Positions 1-9,717 of a stretch of DNA of 64,000 nucleotides are shown one piece after another. The position numbers were made by a program, and so were the translations under genes. The notes below the pieces were generated by a model. The model searched no databases and had not been told where the DNA came from. It worked only from the letters and a program-made list of their open reading frames with translations. This DNA comes from an uncultured virus (IMG/VR IMGVR_UViG_3300036800_000376). Its lineage: Duplodnaviria; Heunggongvirae; Uroviricota; Caudoviricetes. The DNA lies in the IMG/VR virus record IMGVR_UViG_3300036800_000376. The stretch is one strand, 5' to 3'. Each line of letters begins with the position of its first letter. Position 1 is the stretch's first letter.

Positions 1-2
1 GT

Positions 3-476
3 GTCCCTCAGGAGCCCGGTGAAGCCCCTCGGCTGGCCTGGCGACCCGGAGGAGAAGGTCAGGCACGGCCTGTCGATGGACCCGGGTTCGAGACGGAGCT
101 TCCCGGGCCGCGGCGCGGTCTCGAGCTGCCCGCACCGCCGGTTGGCGTCGATGATCAGGCTCAGGCCGCGGCGCGCGAGGAGCTGTTCCCGAACCTTCCC
201 ACGGTGGTCGGGAGCGGCGAGCAGATCGAGGCTGGCGTCGACCAGATCGCACAGTGGATTTTTGCCAACAGCGAGGACGGATCCGTCCCCGCGCCCATCC
301 TGCGGTGGCTGACGTTCGCTTGGTTGGCCCGGATCGTCTCGCCCGACGCGATCCGTGAGGGCGCCACGGACCCCGTGGAACGAAGCGACGTCGGCAATCC
401 CCCTCGAGAGCTTCTGGCGGCCTACACGAGGGCTGCACAGCTCATCGAGGCGCGCATCGAGGAACAGACGGCCTGA
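3..476 (+). CDS. hypothetical protein, 5'-truncated by window edge
   Basis: Frame is open from base 3 to the stop at 476 with GC-type codon usage. Confidence 0.55.
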   Translation, partial: VPQEPGEAPRLAWRPGGEGQARPVDGPGFETELPGPRRGLELPAPPVGVDDQAQAAAREELFPNLPTVVGSGEQIEAGVDQIAQWIFANSEDGSVPAPILRWLTFAWLARIVSPDAIREGATDPVERSDVGNPPRELLAAYTRAAQLIEARIEEQTA

Positions 477-576
477 GGGCCCGCGGCCCCAGCTCCTGTA
501 GTCTGACATCGGTAATCAGCCGTCATACCGACCTGTGCCGCACGGCGTAACCGCGCTGGCACGGAGGAGCAAGCCA

Positions 577-2088
577 ATGACCGACACCGCCCGCCCCACC
601 CCTCCCGCACGCCGCCCGGCCGATCAGAGCCTTGAGGGGCTCGCTGGCGACGCCGTGGCGGGGCTGCTCAAGGGCATCGGCCACCTCATCGCGCTGCTCG
701 CCCGGACCGCGGGCTCGGCGACTCGAGATGCGTGGCGTTGGTTCTATCTCGCCGCGATCGTCGTGATCGTCGCGGTCGACCGACTCGCTGGCTTCCACGG
801 CAAAGTGCTCGCCGGTGGCCTTGCCGCGCTCCTGCTGGTGATGCTCGTCCGCCACAGCACGGCGCATCGCGGCCTGCACGCGTTCCGAGCTCAGGTCGCC
901 AGCGTCGCCGGCGCCGGGCTGGGATTAGCCGCTGACACGCCCTCCGAACCCAGCATCAAGCGCTGGGGACGCCCTGACGGCCCCGTGATCAAGGTCCGAG
1001 ACGTGCCCCCCACCTTCGACGCTTCGCGCCGCGGCGCCTTCCAGCGGCTCTTCCAAGATCGCGTGAGTGCGCCTGAGGTGACCGCATGGGCATTTGCCTG
1101 GCGCCTGGACCGCAACGAGATCACGATCAGCCCCACCACCACACTCCCGAGCTTTGTCGGCCTGGACCCGCACCGCGCCCCTGTCGGCCTGGCGCTCCTG
1201 CTCGGTACCGGCCGTGACCGCGATGGGCAGCCTACGGAGGTCTGGTGGGATCCGGACGTCGCCGACCCACACGCGCTCATAGGCGGAAGAACCAAGTCCG
1301 GGAAGTCCGTGGTGCTGCGTACTTTGGTCGCGCAGGCGCTCGCCGGCGGCTGGTCGATCATCCTCGCTGACCCGAAAGTGGTGGACTACCGCTGGGCGGA
1401 GGGCCTCGCCGGGGTGACCCATTACGGCGGCGACGACGCACCTATGGCGATCGACGCCGCGTGCGCCGAAATGGACCGCCGCCAAGAGTGGATGAGACAC
1501 CACGCCCCGCGGACTGCAACCGACCTGATGACGGTGGAGGGGCAGCCGTTCCGGCCCTGTCTCGTGATCGCCGACGAGGTAGCCGAGCTCGTGAGCATCG
1601 GCGACAAGGACCGTCGCAAGGAGACGACCGCGCTGCTGGGCTCGCTCGCGCGGCGATCGCGGTTCGTCGGGATGATCTGCGCGTTCGCCACACAGCGCCC
1701 TGACGTGTCGATTCTGCCTGGTGAGGTCAGGGCGAATCTGGGGACGCGCGTGCTGACCGGCGACGGAGATCAGCACATGCGCCAGATGATTTTGGAGACC
1801 ACGGAGCTGTCTCCGCTGCCACGGGACCCTCGCGATCCTGACCGGGCCGTGAAGGGCCGCGGCCGGGTAAAGGTCGGCGGCTCGTTCCCTCGCGAGGTCC
1901 AGTTCGCCTTCGTCGACCCCGTCGACATCATCGACGGCATGTCGGGCCAGCCGCCGCCGTCGCCACCTGGACCGTCGCCAGCTGGCTCGCCGCCGCCCGC
2001 GACGCCGGCCGGCCTGCCCGACCCCGACCAGCCCGCCAGCATCCAGGACGAAGGCCGGGGCGCGAAGTGGTTTCGCAGCGCACCGTAA
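577..2088 (+). CDS. FtsK/SpoIIIE-family (TraB-like) DNA translocase ATPase
   Basis: GGAGGAG RBS before ATG 577; two N-terminal TM helices; Walker A GRTKSGKS, Walker B LVIADE, ATQRP motif. Confidence 0.85.
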   Translation: MTDTARPTPPARRPADQSLEGLAGDAVAGLLKGIGHLIALLARTAGSATRDAWRWFYLAAIVVIVAVDRLAGFHGKVLAGGLAALLLVMLVRHSTAHRGLHAFRAQVASVAGAGLGLAADTPSEPSIKRWGRPDGPVIKVRDVPPTFDASRRGAFQRLFQDRVSAPEVTAWAFAWRLDRNEITISPTTTLPSFVGLDPHRAPVGLALLLGTGRDRDGQPTEVWWDPDVADPHALIGGRTKSGKSVVLRTLVAQALAGGWSIILADPKVVDYRWAEGLAGVTHYGGDDAPMAIDAACAEMDRRQEWMRHHAPRTATDLMTVEGQPFRPCLVIADEVAELVSIGDKDRRKETTALLGSLARRSRFVGMICAFATQRPDVSILPGEVRANLGTRVLTGDGDQHMRQMILETTELSPLPRDPRDPDRAVKGRGRVKVGGSFPREVQFAFVDPVDIIDGMSGQPPPSPPGPSPAGSPPPATPAGLPDPDQPASIQDEGRGAKWFRSAP

Positions 2089-2178
2089 TGGGCGGGTTGC
2101 CGCCCCCTACTCGGCGGTCATAGTGGCCTTCCGAGGGTCTTGGTGTGAGCAGGCGCCAGTGCGGCCAGGGTCGCCGCT

Positions 2179-2200
2179 CCGTCGCCGGCGCCGGCGACGG
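2179..2200. repeat. 22-bp perfect palindrome between convergent genes (possible terminator)
   Basis: CCGTCGCCGGC|GCCGGCGACGG. Confidence 0.5.
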
Positions 2201-2456
2201 CGAGCGCGGCACGGGGTGAGGCGAGCGGGCGGTTGAGCCTAACTTCAACCATCCGGTTTGACCGACGTCAGACAGGGGCTATCCTCTTCATGGCGGGGAA
2301 CTGCGCCCCCACTTCCCCGACCGTCGCCGACGAGACTCCAACCCGAGACGGAGGTAGGCGGCGACTAGCAGGGCCCGGCCGGCTCGGAATGCCCCTCCTG
2401 AATGTCGACCGGGCCCACTCTTCCGCGCGGCCTCGAGCGCGAGCTCGGTTGCGCCG

Positions 2457-3341
2457 TCACGGCCGTGCTTCCTCCTCAGTTTCCTCCTCAGCGAAGGGCT
2501 GGACGTCTCGGATGTAGTCCGCGGCGCGCTGAGCGCGAGCTGCTGCGCTGACGACGAGGCGGTGATCGCCGCGGAGCGCGGCGACCCACGATTCCAGGTA
2601 GCTGGCCGAGCGCTCGACGGTGGCGGTCGACGAGATGCCCGTGACTCCGCAGAGCAGCGCGGCGCCCAGCTCGGCGGTCAATTCTTCGCGGGAGTAGGGC
2701 TCAGAGCCGAACCCGTGCATCTCCATGAGATCCGGGCGGGCCAGGCGGGAGGCGTGCCCGGTCGAGTGCACCAGCTCGTGGAAGGCGGTCGCGTAGTAGC
2801 CCTCGATCGACGTGAACGCCTGGCGCGGAGGAAGGTCCACGCGGTCAAGCGGGGGCCAGTAGCAGGCGGTGTCGCCGCCGTGCTTGATCTCCGGGCGCTG
2901 CGGCATGGAGTCGATCAGGGCCTCGCACGCACTCAGCGGCTCGGTGCTCTCCATCGTCTCCTCCGCGGGTGCGGTGATGCCATCGCACTGCTCGAGGTTG
3001 AACACGCGGTACTTGCGCAGCAGAAAGATCGTCTTCTTAGCCTTGGGGTCGCTCGACTCCTCGTCGCGGACGCGGATCCGCTTCCAGAGCGTCACGGGCG
3101 TGTGGCGCTCTCCCTTGCGGACGTTCCCGCCGAGCCGCTGAGCACCCTTGTAGGTCACCCACCACGGTGACTCGTACGGCGTGAGCGCGAGGAGGAAGAC
3201 GTTGATCCCACGGTAGGCACGGCCGGACTCGAGGTTGCGCGGGCCGGCGGTGTCACGCCACGGCTTGTCCCAAGGCACGACGCCACGCTCGAGTGCCGCG
3301 ATGATCTGATCGGTGACCTGGGTGTAGACGCTGTCGCTCAC
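2457..3341 (-). CDS. ardC: ArdC-family antirestriction/ssDNA-binding protein (DUF1738 + zincin-like domain)
   Basis: VTDQIIAALERGVVPW, YRGINVFLL, VRKGE, VFNLEQ, HELVHSTGH, YSREELTAELGAA. Confidence 0.92.
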   Translation of the reverse strand: MSDSVYTQVTDQIIAALERGVVPWDKPWRDTAGPRNLESGRAYRGINVFLLALTPYESPWWVTYKGAQRLGGNVRKGERHTPVTLWKRIRVRDEESSDPKAKKTIFLLRKYRVFNLEQCDGITAPAEETMESTEPLSACEALIDSMPQRPEIKHGGDTACYWPPLDRVDLPPRQAFTSIEGYYATAFHELVHSTGHASRLARPDLMEMHGFGSEPYSREELTAELGAALLCGVTGISSTATVERSASYLESWVAALRGDHRLVVSAAARAQRAADYIRDVQPFAEEETEEEARP

Positions 3342-3373
3342 GTTTCTTAGCTCCTCGAGTGGAAAACTGTTCC

Positions 3374-3413
3374 TACTGTTTGGAGCCTTGAGCGCGACGC
3401 TTTACACCCCCCC
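3374..3413 (-). promoter_or_regulatory. G-run/GTGWA promoter motif copy 1, upstream of ardC
   Basis: GGGGGGGTGTA-N17-CTCCAA, followed by a leader with a GAGGAG RBS. Confidence 0.6.
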
Positions 3414-3465
3414 AATGGCACATGAACTCGCGCGCGTACGGTCGCCATGACTTGGCGGGGCGTGT

Positions 3466-3768
3466 CTACTTGTTCTCGTCTATCAGTGCTTGGATATCTT
3501 GCTCTGTGAGATCGCGGGGCTTGCCGCTCGCACATTTCTTGCAGCGCCGGCGGGCTGGGTAGCGGCGGCCGATGAGGTCCGATGCGGCGCGCAGGATGTG
3601 ACCGCACTCGCACACGTCACGGTCGCCGTGCGGGTACTCAGCGTCGAGGCCGGTCCCCGACGCGACGACAGCTCGTAGAGGCGCTTCAGCGGCGCGTCGT
3701 GCGTTGACCGCACGCTGCGCCGACGATGGGCCTACCGTGCGGCCGTCTCCTCGCTTACCGAGCGGCAT
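3466..3768 (-). CDS. small Cys/His-rich hypothetical protein
   Basis: CECGH and CKKC motifs; follows the GHKL gene. Confidence 0.45.
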   Translation of the reverse strand: MPLGKRGDGRTVGPSSAQRAVNARRAAEAPLRAVVASGTGLDAEYPHGDRDVCECGHILRAASDLIGRRYPARRRCKKCASGKPRDLTEQDIQALIDENK

Positions 3769-5266
3769 TCAGCCCCTCGGCTCCGGCTCGGAACTCCTCG
3801 AAGAACTCCGGATCCTCGAGCGCGAGACGGACGAGTTTGGCCGCGAGTCCGCAAATCGCATCGTGGAAGTCGTCAGAGAGGTGGTTGCCGGCCCCCTCGT
3901 GCGCGAGCTCGTGGAGGACGAGGGCGTTGACGTCATCGGTGGGGCCGCAGTCGAACCAGACGCGCCCGAGGACGCCGGTGTTGAAGTCGAGGCAGCCGCC
4001 TCCGTAGGCGGCGGCGAAGTTGCGGCAGGCGGGGTCGCTGACCATGCTCACCCGGACTAGGGAGCGTCCGAGCAGGCGCGGGGCCAGCGCTTTGGCGTAG
4101 GCGGCGATGTTGCGCATGCCGGCGGTCCATTGGTCGCGGGGCAGCTCGTGGCGTGCGGGAGCGTTGGGATCATCGGAGTAGGGCTTGGGTGAGGGCGTGA
4201 CCTCGCCGGCGAGCTGCAGGTGTCCGTGCTCGCGGGCGCGTGCGGTGACGCCCTTGGGGAGGCCGCGCGGAGAGACGACGGTATAGCCGGCCGCGACGGC
4301 GCGGTGGTTGGCCTCTGTGTCGTTGGGGTCATAGGCCACGCGTCGAGGGCCGTATCGCTTGTCCAGCGCGGCGCCCACCGCCTCGGGTTCGATCCGTCGG
4401 TCGCTGAGCGCGTCGTCGATCCACTTCTCGGAGGCATCGTCCTCGGCGAGCAGGTCGTGCGTGTGGTTGAGCACTTCGGCGCGGAGCGCGCGCAGGTAGG
4501 CGGGCGTCACGTTGTCGCGGTCGAGATTCAGCGGCACTTTCTGCTCGACGTTGACGTGCCAGCGATCACTCGTGTCGACGACCGGGATTCCGAGCTCGTA
4601 GAGGCTTGGCTGCTCGCCTGGCAGCGGTTCGTAGATCGAGACGGTGGCTCGGCGCGGGTTGCGGTGCAGGCGGCCGTCGGCACCGGACCACTCGGTCTCG
4701 AGCGTGGCCTCAAAGACCCGTAGAGGTGAGCGCTGGGGGATCTCCTGGCCGTTGAACGTGGTCAGCACGCCGACGGGCGGGATCAGGGCGCGGACGACGT
4801 CGGCGCACTGCTCGGCCTCGACGCGCGTCATCTCGATCACCCCGTCGAAACGGGAGCCCCGCTCGCGGCGTCGGCGTGGGAACGTCTCGCGGGTGTCGCC
4901 GGTGAAGCGCACCGTTCCGGTCGTGGTTGCGATCGTCGCTTCCTCACAGAGGGCGATCACGAACTTCTCGCCCAAATTAAAACGACCCCTCTTTACCGGG
5001 TCGGCCTTCTTCGCGGACTCGGCGAACAGGGTGTATGCGTGCGAGAGGTCGGCAAAGCCGGCGGGGTCGTCGTCTTCTACGACGAGCCGATGCCGGGCGC
5101 GGCGGTCAGCGATTGGTTCGAGCGTGACGGTGACCTCGCGGACGTTCTGGTCCCAGCAGTTTTGAATTAGCTCGGTCAGGACCATCGTCTTGCCGCGCCG
5201 CTCTAACAACTTCCGCAAGCCGGTCTTGCTCACGGCAAAGGTCGGGTGGGTCTGTGAGGGGGGCAT
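3755..5266 (-). CDS. GHKL (HATPase)-domain protein with C-terminal HExxH motif
   Basis: ELIQNCWD (N-box), VEDDDPAGF (G1), RGRFNLGEK (G2), GSRF; LHELAHE near the C-terminus. Confidence 0.75.
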   Translation of the reverse strand: MPPSQTHPTFAVSKTGLRKLLERRGKTMVLTELIQNCWDQNVREVTVTLEPIADRRARHRLVVEDDDPAGFADLSHAYTLFAESAKKADPVKRGRFNLGEKFVIALCEEATIATTTGTVRFTGDTRETFPRRRRERGSRFDGVIEMTRVEAEQCADVVRALIPPVGVLTTFNGQEIPQRSPLRVFEATLETEWSGADGRLHRNPRRATVSIYEPLPGEQPSLYELGIPVVDTSDRWHVNVEQKVPLNLDRDNVTPAYLRALRAEVLNHTHDLLAEDDASEKWIDDALSDRRIEPEAVGAALDKRYGPRRVAYDPNDTEANHRAVAAGYTVVSPRGLPKGVTARAREHGHLQLAGEVTPSPKPYSDDPNAPARHELPRDQWTAGMRNIAAYAKALAPRLLGRSLVRVSMVSDPACRNFAAAYGGGCLDFNTGVLGRVWFDCGPTDDVNALVLHELAHEGAGNHLSDDFHDAICGLAAKLVRLALEDPEFFEEFRAGAEGLNAAR

Positions 5267-5499
5267 TACGCGCGTCCCCCATCTCTGTCGACTAGGGCTG
5301 GGCGAACGTGTAGTTCTTTGTGGCACGTAGCCGCAGGTAGTAGCTCTCGGCTAGCGCTCCCCTTCCTCGCCCCAACGCTACTTCGTGGGTGCGGCGTTTG
5401 ATCGTGATGCAGCCATCGCTGTCCACGACCCCCGCCGCCCAGGCGTGATCTGTCTTGGCTGGTACCACGCCGCGAAGAATAAGAACGGTCTCGGATGCC

Positions 5500-5580
5500 C
5501 GTGATCGCGAGCGTCTTGCCGCGGCGCTCGAGCAGCTTCCGCAGGCCCGCCTTACTTACCGCGAATGTCGGCTGTTGCAT
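5500..5580 (-). pseudogene. relic 5' fragment of a paralog of the GHKL gene
   Basis: Encodes MQQPTFAVSKAGLRKLLERRGKT versus PTFAVSKTGLRKLLERRGKT at about 5187-5247. Confidence 0.7.
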
Positions 5581-5697
5581 ACCCGCGCGACCCCCCGTTC
5601 GTGCTGCTGCGTACTGAGTTTCATCCATACATGATACCAAATGGGCGCGTATCCTCGCGCCTATTGTGGTGCCTCTAATGCGCATATTTATCTGAGC

Positions 5698-5735
5698 GGG
5701 GGTGTAAATGCGTTTTTGCGTGGCTATACTTGCAT
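5698..5735 (+). promoter_or_regulatory. promoter motif copy 2 (degenerate; overlaps TATACT -10)
   Basis: GGGGGTGTA-N17-CTATAC(T). Confidence 0.5.
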
Positions 5736-5771
5736 GTGGGAACAGGCTGCATCGCGAGTTAGGAACTGAGC

Positions 5772-6032
5772 ATGGTTACGCATCTATATGTGGATGGCCC
5801 GTACGACGGCGCGGAGCTACGCGGCGCGCGGGACACGATCGAGCAGGCCCTCCTGGACCGCGCGATCGATCTACCGGCGACCCCCGGAGCACCCCCGGGA
5901 AGGGTCGTAGAGCCCGACACCCCTCTGCCCGCAGGCTGCGTGCGGTACGTCCTGGACAGCTTCCAGGGAGTCAGTAGCGAGGAGACCGTCGCGCTCTACC
6001 GGTACCGGCCCAGCCCCGGAGAGCCGTCATGA
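5772..6032 (+). CDS. hypothetical protein
   Basis: ATG after AGGA; ATGA overlap with the next gene. Confidence 0.6.
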   Translation: MVTHLYVDGPYDGAELRGARDTIEQALLDRAIDLPATPGAPPGRVVEPDTPLPAGCVRYVLDSFQGVSSEETVALYRYRPSPGEPS

Positions 6033-6286
6033 CCGCGAGCGTGCAAGAGCGCCACGACACGACCGAGCTCGGGCGCGCCGGCGTCCTCGCCTGGGCCGCG
6101 ACCAACCACGTGCCCGTCTGCATCCTCTACCGCAAGTCCGATGCAACGGGCGCTGAGCTTCGCAAGCTCACGCCCTCATCGGTGCGCGAGAACTCGCGTG
6201 GACGGCTCTACGTGGTCGGTATCGATCACGCGCGCCACGCGCAGCGCACCTTCCGGCTCGACCGCATCGAGGGGGTGCTCCTTTGA
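6029..6286 (+). CDS. stand-alone WYL-domain protein
   Basis: ILYRK...RKLTP...LYVVGIDHARHAQRTFRLDRIE. Confidence 0.8.
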   Translation: MTASVQERHDTTELGRAGVLAWAATNHVPVCILYRKSDATGAELRKLTPSSVRENSRGRLYVVGIDHARHAQRTFRLDRIEGVLL

Positions 6287-6334
6287 TCCGCTGCGCCTCA
6301 CCCGTCACCGAGCTCAATCGAAAGCAGGTGAGCG

Positions 6335-6607
6335 ATGGTCGCTGACTGCTACCACCCCGACCGGGCGATCCTGGCGTGCGCGATCGGAGTTCTCGACGCT
6401 GCCGACTCGCGCGAGCGCGGCGCCTACACGTTCACGACCAGCGACCCCGGTGACCTCGCCGCGATCGCCGGCGTACTCGACGCCGAGCACACCCCCTACG
6501 ACCTCGGGCTAGAGCCCTCCCACACCGCCCGGGTGGACGTCGAGTGCGTGCTGCGGGTAACCGACGAGGGCCGCACCGTGACCCTCCGCACGAGGCTCGC
6601 GTCATGA
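6335..6607 (+). CDS. hypothetical protein
   Basis: AGGTG RBS; ATGA overlap with the HNH gene. Confidence 0.55.
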   Translation: MVADCYHPDRAILACAIGVLDAADSRERGAYTFTTSDPGDLAAIAGVLDAEHTPYDLGLEPSHTARVDVECVLRVTDEGRTVTLRTRLAS

Positions 6608-6939
6608 CTCACGGGCACCGCGGCGTGAAGGCCTCCCCGACGTACAACAGCTGGCGCGCCATGATCCAGCGCTGCCAGTATCCCCCGCACCCGTTCTACC
6701 CGGACTACGGCGGCCGCGGGATCTCGATCTGCCCGCAATGGCTCGGCGCCGGCGGGTTCGAGCGCTTCCTCGCTGATCTCGGCGAGCGGCCCCCCGGCAT
6801 GACGCTCGATCGCCGCGACGTCGACGGCGACTACGAGCCGGGCAACGTGCGCTGGGCGTCCAAGCATGAGCAGCGGTGGAACCGCCGCGACATGGTCGAG
6901 CGCCAAGAGCTCGAACTCATCTACGGAGACGCCCCATGA
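6604..6939 (+). CDS. phage-type HNH endonuclease-like protein
   Basis: YNSWRAMIQRC...YGGRGISIC..W..FERFLADLGERP..TLDRRDVDGDYEPGNVRWA. Confidence 0.8.
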   Translation: MTHGHRGVKASPTYNSWRAMIQRCQYPPHPFYPDYGGRGISICPQWLGAGGFERFLADLGERPPGMTLDRRDVDGDYEPGNVRWASKHEQRWNRRDMVERQELELIYGDAP

Positions 6940-7061
6940 TCCGTCTCGCCGCCCATGGGGAGCAGACCATCGTCCGCCCGCCGCTCGTCCCCGTAGGCGC
7001 CCGCATGCGCCCTCTGGGGAGCCCTTTCGTACTCCACGGCCCGCCTAAGAGAGGACTGACC

Positions 7062-7280
7062 ATGACCCGACGTAGGCTCGTAGCGCTCCTGGCCACCACA
7101 GTGATGCTCACGAGCGCCGGCTGCTCAATCGATGGCCACCAGATCCGTACTGGCTCCGCGGCCGCTTGCGCGTTCCACGTGTGGCGCCTGCATCACGACC
7201 TGAACACCCACCACAATCTGTTCGCGGCTTTCCAGGCCTGGCGCTCAGTGCACAACTGCAGTCGCATCGTAAGCCGATAG
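7062..7280 (+). CDS. small putative lipoprotein
   Basis: GAGGA RBS; RRR, hydrophobic stretch, then SAGC lipobox. Confidence 0.5.
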   Translation: MTRRRLVALLATTVMLTSAGCSIDGHQIRTGSAAACAFHVWRLHHDLNTHHNLFAAFQAWRSVHNCSRIVSR

Positions 7281-7294
7281 AGCCCGTGACAGCG

Positions 7295-8206
7295 ATGCCC
7301 GCACATGCCCACGCCACAGAGCGCGACGACGAAGTCACCCCGCGAGGCCTCGCGGATCGGCTGCTGCTGGAGGTGAGCCCATCCTCTGAGTGGTGCCAGC
7401 GCTGGAACGCACGGGCGCACTCGTGGCGACACACCTCTGAGGGAGGATTTGACCCGCGCCGATATACGGTCGAGCCGATCACCGAGACCGCGGCGCGAAG
7501 CTGGGTGGTGGAGCACCACTACTCCGGCAGCTACCCCGCGGCGTCCCGCCGCTACGGCCTGCTGGACGGCGACGGCACGCTGCTCGGAGTGTGCGTGCTC
7601 GGGATCCCGATGTCCCGCGCCGTGCTCACCAATGTGTTCCCCGACCTCGAGCCGATGGTCGAGTCGCTGGAGCTATCGCGGCTGGTGCTCGCCGACGCAG
7701 TACCCGCCAACGCCGAGTCATGGTTCATCGCCCGCGCCTTCTCCGATGCCGCCCTCCACGGCGTCCGCGGGGTGGTCGCGTTCGCCGACCCCGTGCCGCG
7801 CACGCTCGTCGGCCGAACCGTGTTCCCCGGCCATCGAGGCGTGATTTACATGGCCAGCAACGCCGCCTATCTCGGCCGCTCTACCACGCGCACTCTCATC
7901 CTCCTACCGAACGGCCAGACGCTCTCCGCCCGCTCAGCTCAGAAGATCCGCCGGCACGAGCGCGGCCACCGGCACGTCGAGCGGCACCTCGTTGCGCTCG
8001 GCGCCGCGGCGCGCCGGCCGAGCCAGTCCGGGACCGACTGGCTCGCCGAGGCGCTGCACCAGGTCGGCGCGACCCGGCTGCGCCACCGTGGGAACCACCG
8101 CTACGCCTTCCGGCTCGGCTCCAACGCCCGCGCCCGCGCCCGCGTCCGTCTCGGGATGCCGGGCGGCGCATACCCGGCAAGCGTCGATGCGACCCGTCTG
8201 AGGTGA
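7295..8206 (+). CDS. Mom-family (GNAT-fold) adenine-modification protein
   Basis: VVEHHYSGS, LELSRLVL..VPANAESWFIARA, GVVAFADP, GHRGVIYMASN..YLG. Confidence 0.75.
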   Translation: MPAHAHATERDDEVTPRGLADRLLLEVSPSSEWCQRWNARAHSWRHTSEGGFDPRRYTVEPITETAARSWVVEHHYSGSYPAASRRYGLLDGDGTLLGVCVLGIPMSRAVLTNVFPDLEPMVESLELSRLVLADAVPANAESWFIARAFSDAALHGVRGVVAFADPVPRTLVGRTVFPGHRGVIYMASNAAYLGRSTTRTLILLPNGQTLSARSAQKIRRHERGHRHVERHLVALGAAARRPSQSGTDWLAEALHQVGATRLRHRGNHRYAFRLGSNARARARVRLGMPGGAYPASVDATRLR

Positions 8207-8213
8207 TGCGACG

Positions 8214-8824
8214 GTGAGTGACGAGCTTCAACAGGCGCAGAGGGAGCTGGCGGTCGCGATCGCGCGCGCCGAGGCCCTGGGCGCCGCCGGCGATGAGTCC
8301 GGAACCGATCTGGTGCCGGCTCGCTCCGATGACCCCGTGCAGGCCAGACGCCAGCTCGCCGCGGCGCAGGCCGAGCTGCTCAAGACGCAGGAGATAGTCC
8401 GCCGTGCCTCAGAGCGCCTGGAGCAGACCATGAGGCGCGAGATGGACCGAGTGCGGGGAGTGCTCGCGCCGCTCGACCAGGCCGTCAAGCAGCTCCAGCA
8501 GGGGCTGTTCTCGATTAATCTTTATCTCGGGAGGGACGAAGAGATCGTGCACGTAAGACATTCACCATCGTCCCGGAGCTGCGCGACTACACCCTCACGA
8601 CCTACAAGTTCGCACACGAGCCCGAGCCCGACCCAACACCACCAAGCGAGAACGAGGACGACGATGTGACGCCGCTCGTCGACGGACTACTCGCCGGCGT
8701 CCGCGAAGCACTCGACGCCGATCCCGCCAGCCGCCCGGGCTATGACGTCGAGGCTGACGCCATCGAAGAGGACCGCTCCCTGGTCGACAAGTGCGAGGTG
8801 GGTGATGAGCCAGCGCGACCCTGA
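8214..8824 (+). pseudogene. coiled-coil protein with probable internal deletion/frameshift
   Basis: Protein-like sequence ends at NLYLGRDEEIVH (about 8550); a start-less second frame TFTIVPELRDYTL... runs to TGA 8824. Confidence 0.5.
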
Positions 8825-9326
8825 CTGGGAGACCGGCGCGCCGCGGCCGCTACCGATTCCCCCCGACGAGCTCGCTCCGGTCCCCGACGAGCTGCGAGCG
8901 CTAGCCGAAGATGTGTGTGAGGCGGGCGCCGTAGCGCGCACCTTGCTGCTCGGCGGCAAGCTCGCACAAACCGGGACTGCTTGGCTCGAGGACGGTCGCA
9001 CGGCGATGATCCTCTGTCTGCACCAACCCGACTGGCGCGAGCGGCTGACCGACGCGTTGACCGCCGGCGGGCGGCCGGTTCGCGTCGGGCTCGCCGGCGG
9101 CCTACGCCTGATCCCCGACGCTGCCGCTGACATGCACCCTGAGGTAGCAGTGGTCGCTCATCTCTCGATCCCGGCGATACGGGTCCTCGTGCTCGGACCG
9201 AATGGTGCTCGGGGGGCACTCATCGCGCACGCCCCCGCTGGCCACGAGCTCGGCGAGTGGCAAGAGATCGCCGTCGGCCCTGACGACGAACTCGCCGTGC
9301 TCGTCGAGCGCACGATGACTTCATGA
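8805..9326 (+). CDS. hypothetical protein
   Basis: GAGGTG RBS; ATGA overlap with the next gene. Confidence 0.6.
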   Translation: MSQRDPDWETGAPRPLPIPPDELAPVPDELRALAEDVCEAGAVARTLLLGGKLAQTGTAWLEDGRTAMILCLHQPDWRERLTDALTAGGRPVRVGLAGGLRLIPDAAADMHPEVAVVAHLSIPAIRVLVLGPNGARGALIAHAPAGHELGEWQEIAVGPDDELAVLVERTMTS

Positions 9327-9628
9327 GCGAGGTTGACGGCCTGACCGCCCGTCAGCGCCTCGCGCTCACAGCGCTCCAGGAGGCGCCCGAGTGGCGGGAG
9401 GGTTGGATTCGCCCTGGGAACGTCGCCAGAGCTCTCGGAGACCGTAGGAACAGCGCCGCCGTCAACACCCTCAACGCGCTCGTGCGCCGGGGCCTGGCGG
9501 AATGGTCGCTCGAGTCACTCGTCCTCGGCTATCGCGCCCACAAGCCCGCCGCTACGTGTGGCGAAAGCGTCTACCGACCTGCTCAGACCGCGAACCGGTT
9601 GGCCGATCCCACAACTCCCAACTCCTAA
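9323..9628 (+). CDS. putative winged-helix protein
   Basis: LTARQRLALTAL...NVARALG...LNALVRRGLAE. Confidence 0.5.
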   Translation: MSEVDGLTARQRLALTALQEAPEWREGWIRPGNVARALGDRRNSAAVNTLNALVRRGLAEWSLESLVLGYRAHKPAATCGESVYRPAQTANRLADPTTPNS

Positions 9629-9681
9629 CACGCGCACCCGACGACGCGCAAGATGGCGCGCAGCTATACGCACGATTTGAT

Positions 9682-9710
9682 TTGCATACCCGCGTGTAGC
9701 TGTGTATAGT
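9682..9710 (+). promoter_or_regulatory. sigma70-type promoter
   Basis: TTGCAT-N17-TATAGT with TG extension. Confidence 0.55.
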
Positions 9711-9717
9711 GATGAGC

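Noticed and set aside
2089..2456. clt-type 8-bp repeat array downstream of the TraB-like gene
   Set aside because: Only GC-rich palindromes are seen, with no regular direct repeats
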